The notes: generated by a model not told the origin, from the letters alone. Positions 35,237 to 46,694 are shown, numbered from the stretch's first letter. The stretch is DNA of 64,000 nt from an uncultured Alphaproteobacteria bacterium (GCA_944391485.1 CALXTQ010000018.1:22619-86618), one strand, 5' to 3'. Translations and numbers: made by a program.

Positions 35237-36049
35237 TTAGTCGATATCGACGATTATGCCTTTGTTTAACAGAAATTCCGGCGTTTTTCCGTTAAAGGTA
35301 TTGTATTTTTGCGCCAGAGCCAGAGCTTCATCGTCTTTCTGTGTGGCTGCCATACGGCTGCTACGCTGCCGTCCCTGCGGTTTTTCACGGGCTTCGATTG
35401 TCTTGGCCGTAATGGCGGCTTCCTGTTCTTTGGTCTTGTCGACCTTGATTTCCTGCGGCGCCTTCAGAATCTTGTCCAAAACATCCTGCGTTTCGCGCGA
35501 CCGTCTGTTGGTATAAACAATGTTCTGCTTATCAGCCGGCAGCAGTTCCAGAATTTTTTCCAGATTTTCAAGCTGTTTCTTTTTCTTAATCAGGTTAATG
35601 TCATCAACAACCAGAATATTTGTATTGGACAGATCGACTTTCCCTTCATTGACGATGTCGATCAGCAGATCGGGCGAAGCGATGAGAACATTTGCCTCGT
35701 TGTCAATATCCTCGTCCCGGTCTTTGACGGTGGCTTCATTGATTTCATGATATTTGTTGAAAATGGCCAGGCTGTCCGAAACTTTGACCGACTGTTCGGA
35801 ATCCGGGGTAATAATCAAAATATTGATACCGGCGCTGTTTTTGTCGGCGTTGGAATTGCTGATAATATCAATCAGCGGAAACACATAGGAAATGGTTTTT
35901 CCGCAGCCCTGCGGGGCAATGGTAAAAACATCTTTTCCCTGCAGGATGGACGGGATGACGTCTATTTGAACGGTAGTCGGTTCTTTAATACCGTATTCGT
36001 CGATTGCCTGTACGGTTTTTTCGCTCAATCCCAAATCTGAAAAATTCAT
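35237..36049 (-). CDS. DEAD-box helicase-like protein with only the N-terminal RecA-like domain and degenerate motifs
   Basis: F..LGL...V.AI, Q-motif TTVQ, motif I APQGCGKT, motif II VVDDI instead of VLDEAD. 270 aa with no second helicase domain. Terminator (GCCTCA/TGAGGC) downstream on the minus strand. Confidence 0.6.
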   Translation of the reverse strand: MNFSDLGLSEKTVQAIDEYGIKEPTTVQIDVIPSILQGKDVFTIAPQGCGKTISYVFPLIDIISNSNADKNSAGINILIITPDSEQSVKVSDSLAIFNKYHEINEATVKDRDEDIDNEANVLIASPDLLIDIVNEGKVDLSNTNILVVDDINLIKKKKQLENLEKILELLPADKQNIVYTNRRSRETQDVLDKILKAPQEIKVDKTKEQEAAITAKTIEAREKPQGRQRSSRMAATQKDDEALALAQKYNTFNGKTPEFLLNKGIIVDID

Positions 36050-36145
36050 GTTATTTCTTCTCTAAAATTCTGGTTAAATTTATTTTTTTCGATATTATTT
36101 AGTTTATAAGACATAGTCAACCTTTATATTGTCAGGATTACCTCG

Positions 36146-36694
36146 ATGTTGATGGATAAAAACAATTCCCTTTTGCTGATTATTGACGTGCAGGAGCGTT
36201 TGGCGCCGGTTATGGACAGCCCGCGCGAGATTATCAACAACTGCGCCAGACTGCTTGGCGTTGCCGGAAAGCTAGGCGTTCCTTTTCTTATTACGGAACA
36301 AAATCCCCACGGTTTGGGCCAGACGATGGTGGACTTGCGCCGCGAAGCCGGCGAAAATGCCCGTTATCTGTCGAAAATGCATTTTTCCTGCGCGCGCGAG
36401 CCGGAAATAATGGAAGCAATCCGGCAAAATGGCCGAAAACAGATAATCATTGCTGGCGCTGAAACGCATATCTGCATTGTTCAAACGGCAATTGAGCTGA
36501 AGGCGATGGGATTCGAAGTTTTTGTCGTTTCCAACGCCTGTTCTTCCCGCGATCCCGTGCAGAGTATTGTCGCTTTACAGCGCCTGTCGGGCGACGGCAT
36601 AGACATTGTTACGTCGGAAATGGTTATCTTTGAGTGGCTGGAACAGGCCGGAACTCCCGAATTCAAGGAGATTATCCGCAAATATGTAATTTGA
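36146..36694 (+). CDS. isochorismatase-family hydrolase
   Basis: LLLIIDVQERL, catalytic-Cys region ETHICIVQTA. 182 aa. Confidence 0.8.
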   Translation: MLMDKNNSLLLIIDVQERLAPVMDSPREIINNCARLLGVAGKLGVPFLITEQNPHGLGQTMVDLRREAGENARYLSKMHFSCAREPEIMEAIRQNGRKQIIIAGAETHICIVQTAIELKAMGFEVFVVSNACSSRDPVQSIVALQRLSGDGIDIVTSEMVIFEWLEQAGTPEFKEIIRKYVI

Positions 36695-36791
36695 TTCGGC
36701 CGCCGCGTTTGTGTGGAGAATTTTGAGGCAGTCTTTCCGCGGATAAGCCAAAACCTCCGACAGGCGGAGGTTTTTTTATTGCCGTTATTTT

Positions 36792-37157
36792 TTATTTAAC
36801 ACGTCCGTAGCTGTCTTCGTAACGGATAATATCATTTTCATCAAGAGTTTCGCCGGTCTGAACCTCAATAAACTCCATGTTCCTGTCAGTGTTGTTCTGG
36901 ATGCGATGCTTCATTTTGACCGGAATAAACACGTTTTCGCCGGCCTTCTTGCTGATCTTGTCTTCACCCAGAGTAACAACGGCTTCGCCACTGACGATAA
37001 TCCAGTGTTCATTGCGAAAATTGTGCGACTGAAGAGACAGAATATTTCCCGGCGTGACGCAGATTCTTTTGACGCAGAAGCCGTCTCCGGAAACCAGAAC
37101 TTCCCATGTTCCCCAGGGTCTGGTGTCTTTGTCGCCGCGTTTGTAATTATTGGCCAT
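36792..37157 (-). CDS. cupin-domain protein (mannose-6-phosphate isomerase type II C-terminal domain-like)
   Basis: RPWGTWEVL, SLQSHNFRNEHWIIVSGEA, PVKMKHRIQN, EVQTG...DIIRYEDSYGR. AAGGAG RBS before the ATG at 37157. Confidence 0.7.
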   Translation of the reverse strand: MANNYKRGDKDTRPWGTWEVLVSGDGFCVKRICVTPGNILSLQSHNFRNEHWIIVSGEAVVTLGEDKISKKAGENVFIPVKMKHRIQNNTDRNMEFIEVQTGETLDENDIIRYEDSYGRVK

Positions 37158-37251
37158 TTTTTTGCTCCTTAACGAAAGTTTATACTTGATGAAAATGAAT
37201 ATAGGCAATATAACTTAAAGCGCAAGTTGAATTTTGAATTATGGAAAAAAT

Positions 37252-39519
37252 ATGCAATCACCGGCCATAAATCAGGCGATGGATATTTTGAAGCTGATAC
37301 GTCAGGTTACCGAAGGGCAAGACGACGTTCCCGTCAAGCTTGCGAAAATCATCCGCATTATTGCCGAACAGATGAAGGCGGACGCCGCGGCTTGTTATGT
37401 TGCCGTTGATGACAGCTATCTTGAGCTGTTCGCTTCTTACGGATTTAACGGCGATGTCACGCACAAGGTAACGCTCCGTTATGGGGAAGGGCTGGTCGGC
37501 GAGGTTGCCAAAAACAATCGTTCTCTGTCCGCAACCGATGCCTGGGCGCATCCGAAATTTTCATACAAACCCGAGCTGGGGGAAGAGGAATATAAGTCCT
37601 TTCTCGGCGTTCCGCTGACCCGCTGGAGCCGGTCCATCGGTGTTTTAACGCTGCAAAACAAAGAAGTCCATGAATATTCCCGGCTGGAGACGGATATTCT
37701 CGAAACGATCGCTATGGTTCTGTCGGAAGTTCTTGTCTCCGAAGAAATGACCGAATACAAAAAAACGCTGATTAAGGAACGGGGGATCGCGACCCGAGAA
37801 CGGATTAAGGGATTGAGCCTCAGCAAAGGCTATGGTATTGGTAATGCCGTCGTACACCGCCGGCGCCAGAGCGTAACAAAGATTTTTGCCGAAGATAAGG
37901 AAAAAGAGCTGCAGCGTCTTGAAACGGCGCACCGGCAGATGAATGAGGACCTTGACAAGAAATTTACCTCGACCAAGCTTGGTATCGGCGAGCATGTAGA
38001 TATTCTTGACGCCTATAGAATGTTTGCCAAGGATAAGGGCTGGTACAAAAAAATAGAAGACAATGTCAAAAGCGGTCTCACTGCGGAGGCTGCCGTCGAG
38101 CGCGCCTATGAGGATATGTGGAACCGTCTTTCCGGCACAAACGATTCTTATCTGAAAGAAAGACTGCATGATCTCCGGGATGTTGCCGACCGGCTGCAGT
38201 CCTATCTGAGCGGCGATTTTAAAAACCGGGACGAAGTAAAAAACTGGAAGGATATCGTAGTCGTGGCCCAGACCATGGGGCCGGCCGACCTGATGGATTA
38301 TGACTATCACAAAATCCGCGGGCTGATTATAGAAGACGGCACGCCAACCATGCATGTGGCAATTGTCGCCAAGGCGCTGAGCATCCCGGTCATTGCAAAA
38401 ATCAAGGGCATTTTTGAGGAAATCAAAACCGGAGAACTGATAGCCGTTGACGGAAATGACAGCTATGTCTATATCAATCCCCTTCCGGCCGTGCAGGAAA
38501 AGTTCAAGGCAAAAATCGCCGAAAAGGAAAAGCTGCAGGCCAGACTGGCGGAACTGAAAAAACTTCCGGCCAAAACGCTGGACGGCGTCAGAATAGGCTT
38601 ATATATCAATGTCGGTCTGGCTTTTGACTTTGACTATATTGAAGCAACAAACTGCGACGGCATCGGGCTGTATCGCACGGAGATTCCGTTTATGGCTTCC
38701 GACGTCATGCCCAATGTCGAGCAGCAGATGGCCTATTATAAAGAACTGATGGACCGCGCCGGCAATAAAAAGGTTATATTCCGCAGTCTGGACGTCGGTT
38801 CGGACAAGTTGCTGCCCTACTGGAGCAACATGAGCGAGGAAAATCCGGCGATTGGCTGGCGATCGATTCGCATAACTTTGGACCGCCGGGCGATTCTGAG
38901 AAAACAGGTAAGAGCTTTTTTACGGGCGGCAGAAGGTAAAGAGCTGAACGTCATGTTTCCGATGATTTCGGATCTGTCTGAGTTTGAGGAAGCCAAAGAG
39001 ACCCTGCTGATAGAACTGGAAAAGGAAAAACGCCGCGGCGGTGCTGTGCCATCTAAGGTCAATGTCGGTTTGATGATTGAGGTGCCGTCGGTGGTGTTCC
39101 AGCTTGAAGATATTTTGAAACAGGCTGATTTCATTTCCATCGGCACAAATGATCTGGCGCAGTTTACTTTTGCCTGCGACCGTGGCAATCCGAGGCTGAC
39201 GGAGCGATATGATGTTTTGTCCTCGCCGTTTCTGAAGCTGATGGGCGAGATTGTGGCCAAAGCGGATGCCGCCGGCGTTTATTGTTCCGTTTGCGGGGAG
39301 ATGGCGAGCAATCCCATCGAAGCAATGGCTCTCATCGGCCTCGGCTATCGGAATCTGTCCTCATCAGGAGCGTCTTACGGCCGGGTAAAATCGATGATAA
39401 GGTCTGTCAATGTGGAAGAGGTCTCGGATTATGTAAAATCTCTCTTGAAATCGCAAAAAAGGACTTTACGCCCGCAATTAATGGCTTATGCTTATGATCA
39501 CGGTATTGAAATCTATTAA
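37252..39519 (+). CDS. ptsP: phosphoenolpyruvate--protein phosphotransferase with N-terminal GAF domain (EI-Ntr type)
   Basis: GAF-like N-terminus, phosphohistidine region GTPTMHVAIVAKALSIPV, PEP-utilizer TIM barrel GIGLYRTE...IGTNDL...CGE. The track start at 37234 is a TTG; I use the ATG at 37252. Confidence 0.85.
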   Translation: MQSPAINQAMDILKLIRQVTEGQDDVPVKLAKIIRIIAEQMKADAAACYVAVDDSYLELFASYGFNGDVTHKVTLRYGEGLVGEVAKNNRSLSATDAWAHPKFSYKPELGEEEYKSFLGVPLTRWSRSIGVLTLQNKEVHEYSRLETDILETIAMVLSEVLVSEEMTEYKKTLIKERGIATRERIKGLSLSKGYGIGNAVVHRRRQSVTKIFAEDKEKELQRLETAHRQMNEDLDKKFTSTKLGIGEHVDILDAYRMFAKDKGWYKKIEDNVKSGLTAEAAVERAYEDMWNRLSGTNDSYLKERLHDLRDVADRLQSYLSGDFKNRDEVKNWKDIVVVAQTMGPADLMDYDYHKIRGLIIEDGTPTMHVAIVAKALSIPVIAKIKGIFEEIKTGELIAVDGNDSYVYINPLPAVQEKFKAKIAEKEKLQARLAELKKLPAKTLDGVRIGLYINVGLAFDFDYIEATNCDGIGLYRTEIPFMASDVMPNVEQQMAYYKELMDRAGNKKVIFRSLDVGSDKLLPYWSNMSEENPAIGWRSIRITLDRRAILRKQVRAFLRAAEGKELNVMFPMISDLSEFEEAKETLLIELEKEKRRGGAVPSKVNVGLMIEVPSVVFQLEDILKQADFISIGTNDLAQFTFACDRGNPRLTERYDVLSSPFLKLMGEIVAKADAAGVYCSVCGEMASNPIEAMALIGLGYRNLSSSGASYGRVKSMIRSVNVEEVSDYVKSLLKSQKRTLRPQLMAYAYDHGIEIY

Positions 39520-39568
39520 AATATATGATTAATTAACATTACCCCATATTCTTATGAAGGATTGAGCA

Positions 39569-40654
39569 GTGAAAAAAGAGATAAAATTAAAGAAAGAAGA
39601 AGCCGAAGCCGCTGCGGCCGAAGTTTCGCAGAAAGAGAAAGCCTCCGTCAGTGAAAAAGACGAGGTCAGAAACAAAAATGCCTCCCGCGCCGGAGATGAC
39701 GAAGTTCTCGTCAATGAAGGAAAAGTCGGAAGCATGCTTCATGACGCCCGTTTAAAACTGGGAAAGAAAATAAATGAAGCGGCGAAGGATCTGTGCATCC
39801 GCCGGTCTTATCTTGAGGCTATGGAAGCCGGCAATTACGACGAAATTCCGGAAGCTCCGTACGGTATTGGCTTTATCCGCTCCTATGCGAATTATCTGGG
39901 GTTGAATTCTGCTCGCATGGTCCAGCTTTACAAGGAAGAAACAGCTGCCAATTCTCAGGCCGCCGGGGATTACTACGTTATGGAGCCGCAGGCCGAAGTT
40001 ACCGCGCCGAATAAAAAATATATCCTGATAAGCTTGCTGGCGATCTTTCTGGTCTATTTTTCCTGGATTATTTATAATGAAAACCGCAACAGCGGCGAAA
40101 CTGCGGTTGACGAAGATGTTTATACGGCGTCTGACGGGGGCATGGTTACGGAATTTCCGCTGCAGGTAGAAGATTTTGTTTCTGTCGAAGAGACCCTGCC
40201 CGAGGCCGAGGAGACTGCCGTGTCTGTCGAAACAAAACCGGAAGAACCGGCGCCGGTAGAAACCGTCGAGCCGGTGGAAGAGCAGAAAACGGAAGCCCCC
40301 GAAGTTATAAAAGTTAACGAAGGAAGTTATGTTGAGACACAGGCTGTCGAGAACGCTGCCGCAGAACCGGGAGCTCTGCCGGCCGCGGCGGAAAAGCCGC
40401 AGTCCCGCGTGCAGGTCAGAATAAAAGGCGGCGATACCTGGATAGAAGTTAAAGATGCCGAAAAACTGTACATCAGTAAAGTTCTTCACGACGGAGACAT
40501 CTATAATGTTCCCGAAGGACAGGGGATGATTTTATCCGTCGGCAGATACGAGGGAGTTGATGTATTTATTGACGGCAAATTGACGGAAGTTGTCAGACCG
40601 AACAAAAAGACCAATATTCCGCTGGATGGTTTTTTGGATTCGGCCAATCATTAG
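39569..40654 (+). CDS. rodZ: RodZ-like cytoskeleton protein (HTH, TM helix, DUF4115)
   Basis: GTG start. HTH GSMLHDARLKLGKKINEAAKDLCIRRSYLEAMEAGNYDEIP..YGIGFIRSYANYLGL. TM helix ILISLLAIFLVYFSWIIY. Acidic/Pro linker. C-terminal VQVRIKGGDTWIEV...DGDIYNVP. Confidence 0.7.
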   Translation: MKKEIKLKKEEAEAAAAEVSQKEKASVSEKDEVRNKNASRAGDDEVLVNEGKVGSMLHDARLKLGKKINEAAKDLCIRRSYLEAMEAGNYDEIPEAPYGIGFIRSYANYLGLNSARMVQLYKEETAANSQAAGDYYVMEPQAEVTAPNKKYILISLLAIFLVYFSWIIYNENRNSGETAVDEDVYTASDGGMVTEFPLQVEDFVSVEETLPEAEETAVSVETKPEEPAPVETVEPVEEQKTEAPEVIKVNEGSYVETQAVENAAAEPGALPAAAEKPQSRVQVRIKGGDTWIEVKDAEKLYISKVLHDGDIYNVPEGQGMILSVGRYEGVDVFIDGKLTEVVRPNKKTNIPLDGFLDSANH

Positions 40655-40734
40655 CTGTAAGCGTTTTAATAAGAAAATAGCAGGTATCTGCCTGCTGTTT
40701 TCTTTTGTTTATGTAGAAAGACTGTGAGGATAAT

Positions 40735-41970
40735 ATGGCAAAATTACAAAATGTCCGCGGCACTTATGACTTATACGGCGAAGCCAAGCGCAAGGCCAAA
40801 CGCGTTATTTCCGCGGGCAGCGGCGTTGTCGAAAAATACGGGTTTGAAGAAATAGAAACACCGATTTTTGAATTTACGGAAGTTTTTTCGCGCAATCTGG
40901 GCGAAACGTCAGATGTAGTTACCAAAGAGATGTATTGTTTTGAAGACCGCGGTGGCGAAAGTCTGACGCTGCGTCCAGAGGGAACGGCGGGCGTGGTGCG
41001 TTCTTTTATTTCGGAAGGCATGCAGCAGAATCTGCCCGTCAAGCTTTATTATGCGGGGCCGATGTTTCGTTATGAGCGCCCGCAGAAAGGACGGCAGCGC
41101 CAGTTTACCCAGTTTGGCTGCGAACTGCTCGGCGTAGAAGCGCCGCAGGCCGATATTGAGGTCATTGCCATGGCTTATGAGTTTTTGGAGAAACTGGGGC
41201 TGGCCGGACAGGTAACCGTCGAAATCAATTCGCTGGGAGATAAGGAAAGCCGCGATGCCTATCGGGAAAAGCTTGTGTCTTATCTGAAAGGGCACTATGA
41301 GGAGCTTTCTGAGGACAGTCGGACGCGTCTGGAGAGAAACCCGCTGCGCGTTTTGGATTCGAAAGAGGAATGCGACAAGGCGGTGGTTGCCGGCGCGCCG
41401 CTCTACAAAGACAGCCTGAACGAAGCGTCGGCAAAATTCTTTGCCGATGTTCTCCGCGGTCTGGACTTGCTGGGAATAAAATATAAGGTGAATGACCGTC
41501 TTGTCCGCGGCCTGGACTACTATTCTCATACGGTTTTTGAACTGGTAACCGACAAACTCGGCGCGCAGGGGACGGTACTGGCCGGTGGCCGGTATGATGG
41601 TCTGGTCGAGCAGATGGGCGGCGGCAAAGTGGCTGGCATCGGCTGGGCCTGCGGTGTGGAACGGCTGAGCATGCTGCTGGAGGAAGATGTTTCCCTGCCG
41701 CGGCCGGTTGCCGTTATCCCCGTCGGCGAAGATGTAAATGACAAGGCTTTGGAAATCGCCTGCCGGCTGAGAAAAGCCGGGCTTCGCGTTGAGCACGGAT
41801 ATAGCGGCAATCTGAAAAAGCGCATGATGAAGGCCAATAAGGTCAACGCCGTCAAAGCCGTCATCATCGGTTCGGACGAGTTGTCGCGCGGCGAGGCCAC
41901 GGTTAAGGATCTGGACAGCGGTAGCCAGAAAACCGTATCTCTGGATAAGATAATAGAGGAAGTAAGATAA
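40735..41970 (+). CDS. hisS: histidine--tRNA ligase
   Basis: [48 protein letters not shown]. Confidence 0.92.
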   Translation: MAKLQNVRGTYDLYGEAKRKAKRVISAGSGVVEKYGFEEIETPIFEFTEVFSRNLGETSDVVTKEMYCFEDRGGESLTLRPEGTAGVVRSFISEGMQQNLPVKLYYAGPMFRYERPQKGRQRQFTQFGCELLGVEAPQADIEVIAMAYEFLEKLGLAGQVTVEINSLGDKESRDAYREKLVSYLKGHYEELSEDSRTRLERNPLRVLDSKEECDKAVVAGAPLYKDSLNEASAKFFADVLRGLDLLGIKYKVNDRLVRGLDYYSHTVFELVTDKLGAQGTVLAGGRYDGLVEQMGGGKVAGIGWACGVERLSMLLEEDVSLPRPVAVIPVGEDVNDKALEIACRLRKAGLRVEHGYSGNLKKRMMKANKVNAVKAVIIGSDELSRGEATVKDLDSGSQKTVSLDKIIEEVR

Positions 41971-43043
41971 TGTCTTTTGCGGAAAAATTAGCGAATGTCG
42001 TCAATCGTCATGAGGAGATCCAGTCTCTGCTGGCTTCTCCGAACCTGAGTCCGGAAGAACTGGTCCGCATGAACAAGGAAATGGCGGCGCTGGAACCGGT
42101 TGTCGAAGCCGTAAAAAACTACAGAAAAGTTGAGCAGAACATGCATGATGCGCAGGCCATGATGCAGGATTCGTCTCTGGACAAGGAAATGTATGAAATG
42201 GCGGAAGCCGAGTATTACGAACTGCGCGACCGGCTGCCGGAACTGGAAAAGGAAATAAAAATTCTGCTGCTGCCGAAGCATGAAGATGATGAGAAAAACG
42301 CGATTCTCGAAGTTCGCGCCGGCACCGGCGGCGACGAAGCGGCGCTGTTTGCGGCGGTGCTGTTTGAAATGTACCGGCGGTACGCGCAGCTTCAGGGCTG
42401 GAAGTTTGAGGTACTGGACGCCAATGAAAACGGTTTGGGCGGCTATAAGGAGGCTTCGGCCAGCATTACCGGCAAAGATGTTTTTGCCAAACTGAAATTT
42501 GAATCCGGAGCGCATCGTGTGCAGCGTGTTCCGGTAACGGAATCTCAGGGGCGCGTTCATACGTCGGCGGCAACGGTTGCCGTTTTGCCTGAGGTGGAAG
42601 AGGTGGACCTGTACATCAATCCCGCCGATCTGAAAATTGATGTTTACCGCGCTTCGGGCGCCGGCGGCCAGCATATTAACAAGACAGAATCCGCCGTGCG
42701 CATAACCCATATTCCGACGGGCACGGTTGTGCAGTGTCAGGACGGGCGTTCGCAGTTTAAGAACAAGGAGCAGGCCATGCGCCAGCTGCGTGCCAAACTG
42801 TATGACAACCAGAAAGCCGCGATTGACGCCAGCTATTCGGAAAAACGCAAGCTGCAGGTCGGCAGCGGCGACCGTTCCGAGCGCATCAGGACATACAATT
42901 ATCCGCAGGGCCGCGTAACCGACCACCGGATTAACCTGACTCTCTATAAACTGGACGAGGTCGTTTCCGGAGAGGCGCTGGGCGAGATTATTGATGCTCT
43001 GATTACCGAGGATCAGGCGCAGCGGCTTTCAGAACTTGATTAA
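41970..43043 (+). CDS. prfA: peptide chain release factor 1
   Basis: [14 protein letters not shown] (PxT tripeptide region) and [23 protein letters not shown]. Start overlaps the hisS stop. Confidence 0.92.
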   Translation: MSFAEKLANVVNRHEEIQSLLASPNLSPEELVRMNKEMAALEPVVEAVKNYRKVEQNMHDAQAMMQDSSLDKEMYEMAEAEYYELRDRLPELEKEIKILLLPKHEDDEKNAILEVRAGTGGDEAALFAAVLFEMYRRYAQLQGWKFEVLDANENGLGGYKEASASITGKDVFAKLKFESGAHRVQRVPVTESQGRVHTSAATVAVLPEVEEVDLYINPADLKIDVYRASGAGGQHINKTESAVRITHIPTGTVVQCQDGRSQFKNKEQAMRQLRAKLYDNQKAAIDASYSEKRKLQVGSGDRSERIRTYNYPQGRVTDHRINLTLYKLDEVVSGEALGEIIDALITEDQAQRLSELD

Positions 43044-43070
43044 AAACGGGGCTTCGGCCCTGCTTTTTTA
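43043..43070 (+). terminator. rho-independent terminator after prfA
   Basis: Stem CGGGGC/GCCCTG with a TTCG loop, then a T-run. Confidence 0.6.
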
Positions 43071-43220
43071 CGCTGCCGGCGTCAGACCGCCCGTTCCCGG
43101 GGCAGAAGCGGGATTGCCGGAAGTCTCGGGCTTTTTCCCGGTCTAACATCTTTTATTTTTTGATTGTCTAACGCTCTTAATGTTTTATAATTACTGCCGG
43201 ATTAATCTGAAAGAATCATA

Positions 43221-46200
43221 ATGTCTGAGCCTGAATTTGTACACCTGAGAGTCCATACCGCTTATTCCTTGTCCGAAGGGGCGATGAAAGTTCCCGCCCT
43301 GATTTCCAAAGCCCGGGAGATGGGGTGGCCGGCAATTGCTGTTACCGATACGGCCAATATGTTTGGCGCGAAAGCTTTGTCGCATTTTGCCGCGGACAAT
43401 GGTATTAAGCCGATTCTCGGCTGTCAGTTTTATTTGCGCAATCCCGACGCGGATGATCTGCTGAAATGCAAGGGGCGCACGGTTGAACCTGACAAAATCG
43501 TGCTGCTGGTGCAGAACGACGAAGGGTATCACAACATTATGAAGCTGATGAAACTTTCTTATCTGGATAATCCCGAATTTAACGAAAAGCCGCAGCTTCG
43601 CGTGTCCGATTTCGAAAAACTGAATACGGGGCTGATTGCCCTGACCGGCGGCGTAGAGGGGCCCGTCGGCCGCTTGCTGCTGGAAAACCGCAAGGCTGAG
43701 GCTGAGGAGTTTCTGCTTCGGCTGAAGCAGATTTTCGGCGACCGTCTGTATGTCGAGCTGATGCGCATCGGGACCGAAGCCGAGGCCAAAACGGAAGACG
43801 ATTTCATCAATCTGGCCTATAAACATGAGATTCCGCTGGTTGCCACCAACGAGGCTTTTTTCTTTGAGGCCGATATGTATGAGGCGCACGATGCGCTGGT
43901 CTGCATTGCCGCCGGAGAATATGTCGCCAACGAAAACCGCAAAAAGTTTTCTCCCAACAACCGCCTGCGCAGCCCGGAGGAAATGGTGGAGCTGTTTAAG
44001 GATATTCCGGAGGCGATCAGTAATACGGTTGTTATTGCCAAGCGCTGCAGTTTCCTGAGCAAAAAAGTAAATCCGTTGCTGCCGATTTTTGAATGTCCTG
44101 ACGGCAAAACTCAGGACGAGTTCATTACGGAAGAGGCTTATAAGGGGCTGAAAGAACGAATGGAGGCTCAGGTCTATTTCGAGGGCATGACCGAAGAGCA
44201 GAAAAAGGAAATCGACGAGAAATATTACGCGCGTCTGGATTACGAGCTGAGCGTTATCAAAAAGATGGGGTTCCCCGGCTATTTTCTTATCGTATCGGAC
44301 TTCATCCGCTGGTCAAAAAACAACGGGGTTCCCGTCGGACCGGGCCGAGGTTCTGGCGCGGGATCGATTGTTGCCTGGTCTCTGAAGATTACCGATCTGG
44401 ACCCTCTGAAACTGGATTTGCTGTTTGAGCGTTTCCTAAACCCGGAACGTGTCAACATGCCGGACTTTGACGTTGATTTTTGTCAGGAAAACCGCGGCAA
44501 GACGATAGAATATGTTCAGAATAAATATGGTTTTGACCATGTGGCGCAGATCATCACTTACGGAAAGCTGCAGTCAAAAGCCGTCATCCGCGATGTGGCG
44601 CGCGTTTTGCAGATGCCATATTCGCAGGCCGACCGCATTTCCAAGATGATACCGCCCGGAGTTCAGGGCAAAAACCCGACGCTGCAGGAGGCGCTGGACC
44701 AGGTGCCCGAGCTGGAAGAAATGCGTGTTTCCGATCCGCAGATTAACAAGCTGTTCGACATTGCCATGAAGCTGGAGGGGTTGTACCGCCATTCCGGCGT
44801 TCATGCCGCCGGTGTGGTTATCGGCGACCGGCCTCTGGACCAGCTGGTGCCTCTGTACAAAGATCCCCGCGCCGATATGCCGGTTACCCAATATGACATG
44901 AAATATGTTGAGGAAACGGGACTGATCAAGTTTGACTTTCTGGGGCTTAAGACCCTGACGGTCATCCAGCGGGCTGTCGATTGGATTAAAAAAGAACGCG
45001 GTATAGAGCTTAACATGGACAATGTGCCGCTGGATGACAAACCCACATACGAGCTGTTGCAGCGCGGCGATACGGCAGCCGTTTTCCAGTTTGAATCGGC
45101 CGGTATGAAAGACGTTCACAAACAGATCAAGCCGGACCGTTTTGAAGATCTGATCGCTATTGTGTCTCTGTATCGTCCGGGACCTATGGACAATATTCCG
45201 AGCTATATCAAACGGAAACACGGCGAAGAGGAGATAACTTACCTGCACCCGATGCTGGAGCCGATTTTGAAGGAAACTTACGGCATCATGATTTATCAGG
45301 AGCAGGTTATGAACATTGCCCGGGCGCTGGGCGGTTATACCATGGGCGGCGCGGATAAGCTGCGTAAGGTTATGGGTAAAAAAATGCGCGATGAAATCCC
45401 TAAGCAGCGCAAAATGTTTATGGAGGGCGCCGTCAAAAACGGCATTGAGGAGGCGACGGCCGGCGCGATTTTTGACCAGATGGAAAAATTTGCGTCTTAT
45501 GGCTTCAACAAATCGCATGCCGCGGCTTATTCTCTGATTTCGTATCAGACGGCTTATCTAAAGGCGCATTATCCGGTTGAATTTATGTGCGCGGTAATGT
45601 CTTTGGATATTACGAACACGGACAAGCTTCTCTTCTTCAAGGACGAGTGCAAAAAAATGGGCATAGAGGTGCTGAAGCCGGATATTAACAAGTCCGGATC
45701 GGACTTTGTGGTTGAGGACGGCAAAATCCGTTATGCGCTGGGAGCGGTAAAAGGCGTCGGTGAGGCCAATATGCGATCGATAACCGAAGAGCGTCTGGCT
45801 CATGGGCCTTATAAGGACATTTCGGACTTTATTCACCGGACGGATGCCAAACAGATTAACCGCCGTCAGCTGGAGCAGCTGATTAAGGCGGGCGCATTTG
45901 ACTGTCTGGACAAGAACCGCGGCCGGTTGTTCGCCAATATCGAGACGATCATGCGCCATATCGCTTCGTCAACCGAACTGAAAACCAGCGAACAGAGTTC
46001 GCTTTTTGGCAATGAGGAATTGCAGTCCAAAGTAAAACTGGCCGAGAAACCGGATTGGCCGGAACTCGAGAAGCTGAAGTTGGAGGCCGAAGCCATCGGC
46101 TTTTATTTGTCGGCGCATCCGTTGGACAGTTACGGACGGGGCATGGAGCGTCTCGGCGTCAAAAACTGTTCGGAGGTCTTCCGCAATATCCGGGTCGGCG

Positions 46201-46694
46201 ACAATATCCGGGCCAAGCTGGCCGGATGTGTCAATTCTTTTCAGAAGCGCATCAGCAAAACCGGTAACAAATATGCCTTCCTGGAGCTGTCTGACGCCAG
46301 CGGCAGCTTTGAAGGAATTTTGTTTTCCGAGGTTCTGAACCGTTATGAGGAGGTTATCAATTCCGGACTGCCTCTGTTGGTTTCCGTAACCATAGACAAG
46401 CAGTCGGAGGAAATGAATCCCCGCGTGATGATAAATCTGGTCGAAACGCTGGACAAGGCGGTATCGGAGGTAGCAAACGGCCTGGAAATCTGCATCAACG
46501 ATGTCAGCGCCGTCGGCGGACTCAAACAAATTCTGGGCCGGGATAGAAACGGCCGGAATAAAATATATATAAAACCGGAAAACAACGATTGGGATATCCG
46601 TATTGAACTGGCCGGAGGCTTTGCCTTTGCCGGAGACGATTTCCTCAGCAAAATCCGCAGTCTTCCCGGCGTAACCACTGTAAAGGAAATATAG
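43221..46694 (+). CDS. dnaE: DNA polymerase III alpha subunit
   Basis: PHP N-terminus FVHLRVHTAYSL, GRGSGAGS, PDFDVDF catalytic aspartates, FNKSHAAAYS, OB-fold C-terminus. 1157 aa. Confidence 0.95.
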   Translation: MSEPEFVHLRVHTAYSLSEGAMKVPALISKAREMGWPAIAVTDTANMFGAKALSHFAADNGIKPILGCQFYLRNPDADDLLKCKGRTVEPDKIVLLVQNDEGYHNIMKLMKLSYLDNPEFNEKPQLRVSDFEKLNTGLIALTGGVEGPVGRLLLENRKAEAEEFLLRLKQIFGDRLYVELMRIGTEAEAKTEDDFINLAYKHEIPLVATNEAFFFEADMYEAHDALVCIAAGEYVANENRKKFSPNNRLRSPEEMVELFKDIPEAISNTVVIAKRCSFLSKKVNPLLPIFECPDGKTQDEFITEEAYKGLKERMEAQVYFEGMTEEQKKEIDEKYYARLDYELSVIKKMGFPGYFLIVSDFIRWSKNNGVPVGPGRGSGAGSIVAWSLKITDLDPLKLDLLFERFLNPERVNMPDFDVDFCQENRGKTIEYVQNKYGFDHVAQIITYGKLQSKAVIRDVARVLQMPYSQADRISKMIPPGVQGKNPTLQEALDQVPELEEMRVSDPQINKLFDIAMKLEGLYRHSGVHAAGVVIGDRPLDQLVPLYKDPRADMPVTQYDMKYVEETGLIKFDFLGLKTLTVIQRAVDWIKKERGIELNMDNVPLDDKPTYELLQRGDTAAVFQFESAGMKDVHKQIKPDRFEDLIAIVSLYRPGPMDNIPSYIKRKHGEEEITYLHPMLEPILKETYGIMIYQEQVMNIARALGGYTMGGADKLRKVMGKKMRDEIPKQRKMFMEGAVKNGIEEATAGAIFDQMEKFASYGFNKSHAAAYSLISYQTAYLKAHYPVEFMCAVMSLDITNTDKLLFFKDECKKMGIEVLKPDINKSGSDFVVEDGKIRYALGAVKGVGEANMRSITEERLAHGPYKDISDFIHRTDAKQINRRQLEQLIKAGAFDCLDKNRGRLFANIETIMRHIASSTELKTSEQSSLFGNEELQSKVKLAEKPDWPELEKLKLEAEAIGFYLSAHPLDSYGRGMERLGVKNCSEVFRNIRVGDNIRAKLAGCVNSFQKRISKTGNKYAFLELSDASGSFEGILFSEVLNRYEEVINSGLPLLVSVTIDKQSEEMNPRVMINLVETLDKAVSEVANGLEICINDVSAVGGLKQILGRDRNGRNKIYIKPENNDWDIRIELAGGFAFAGDDFLSKIRSLPGVTTVKEI

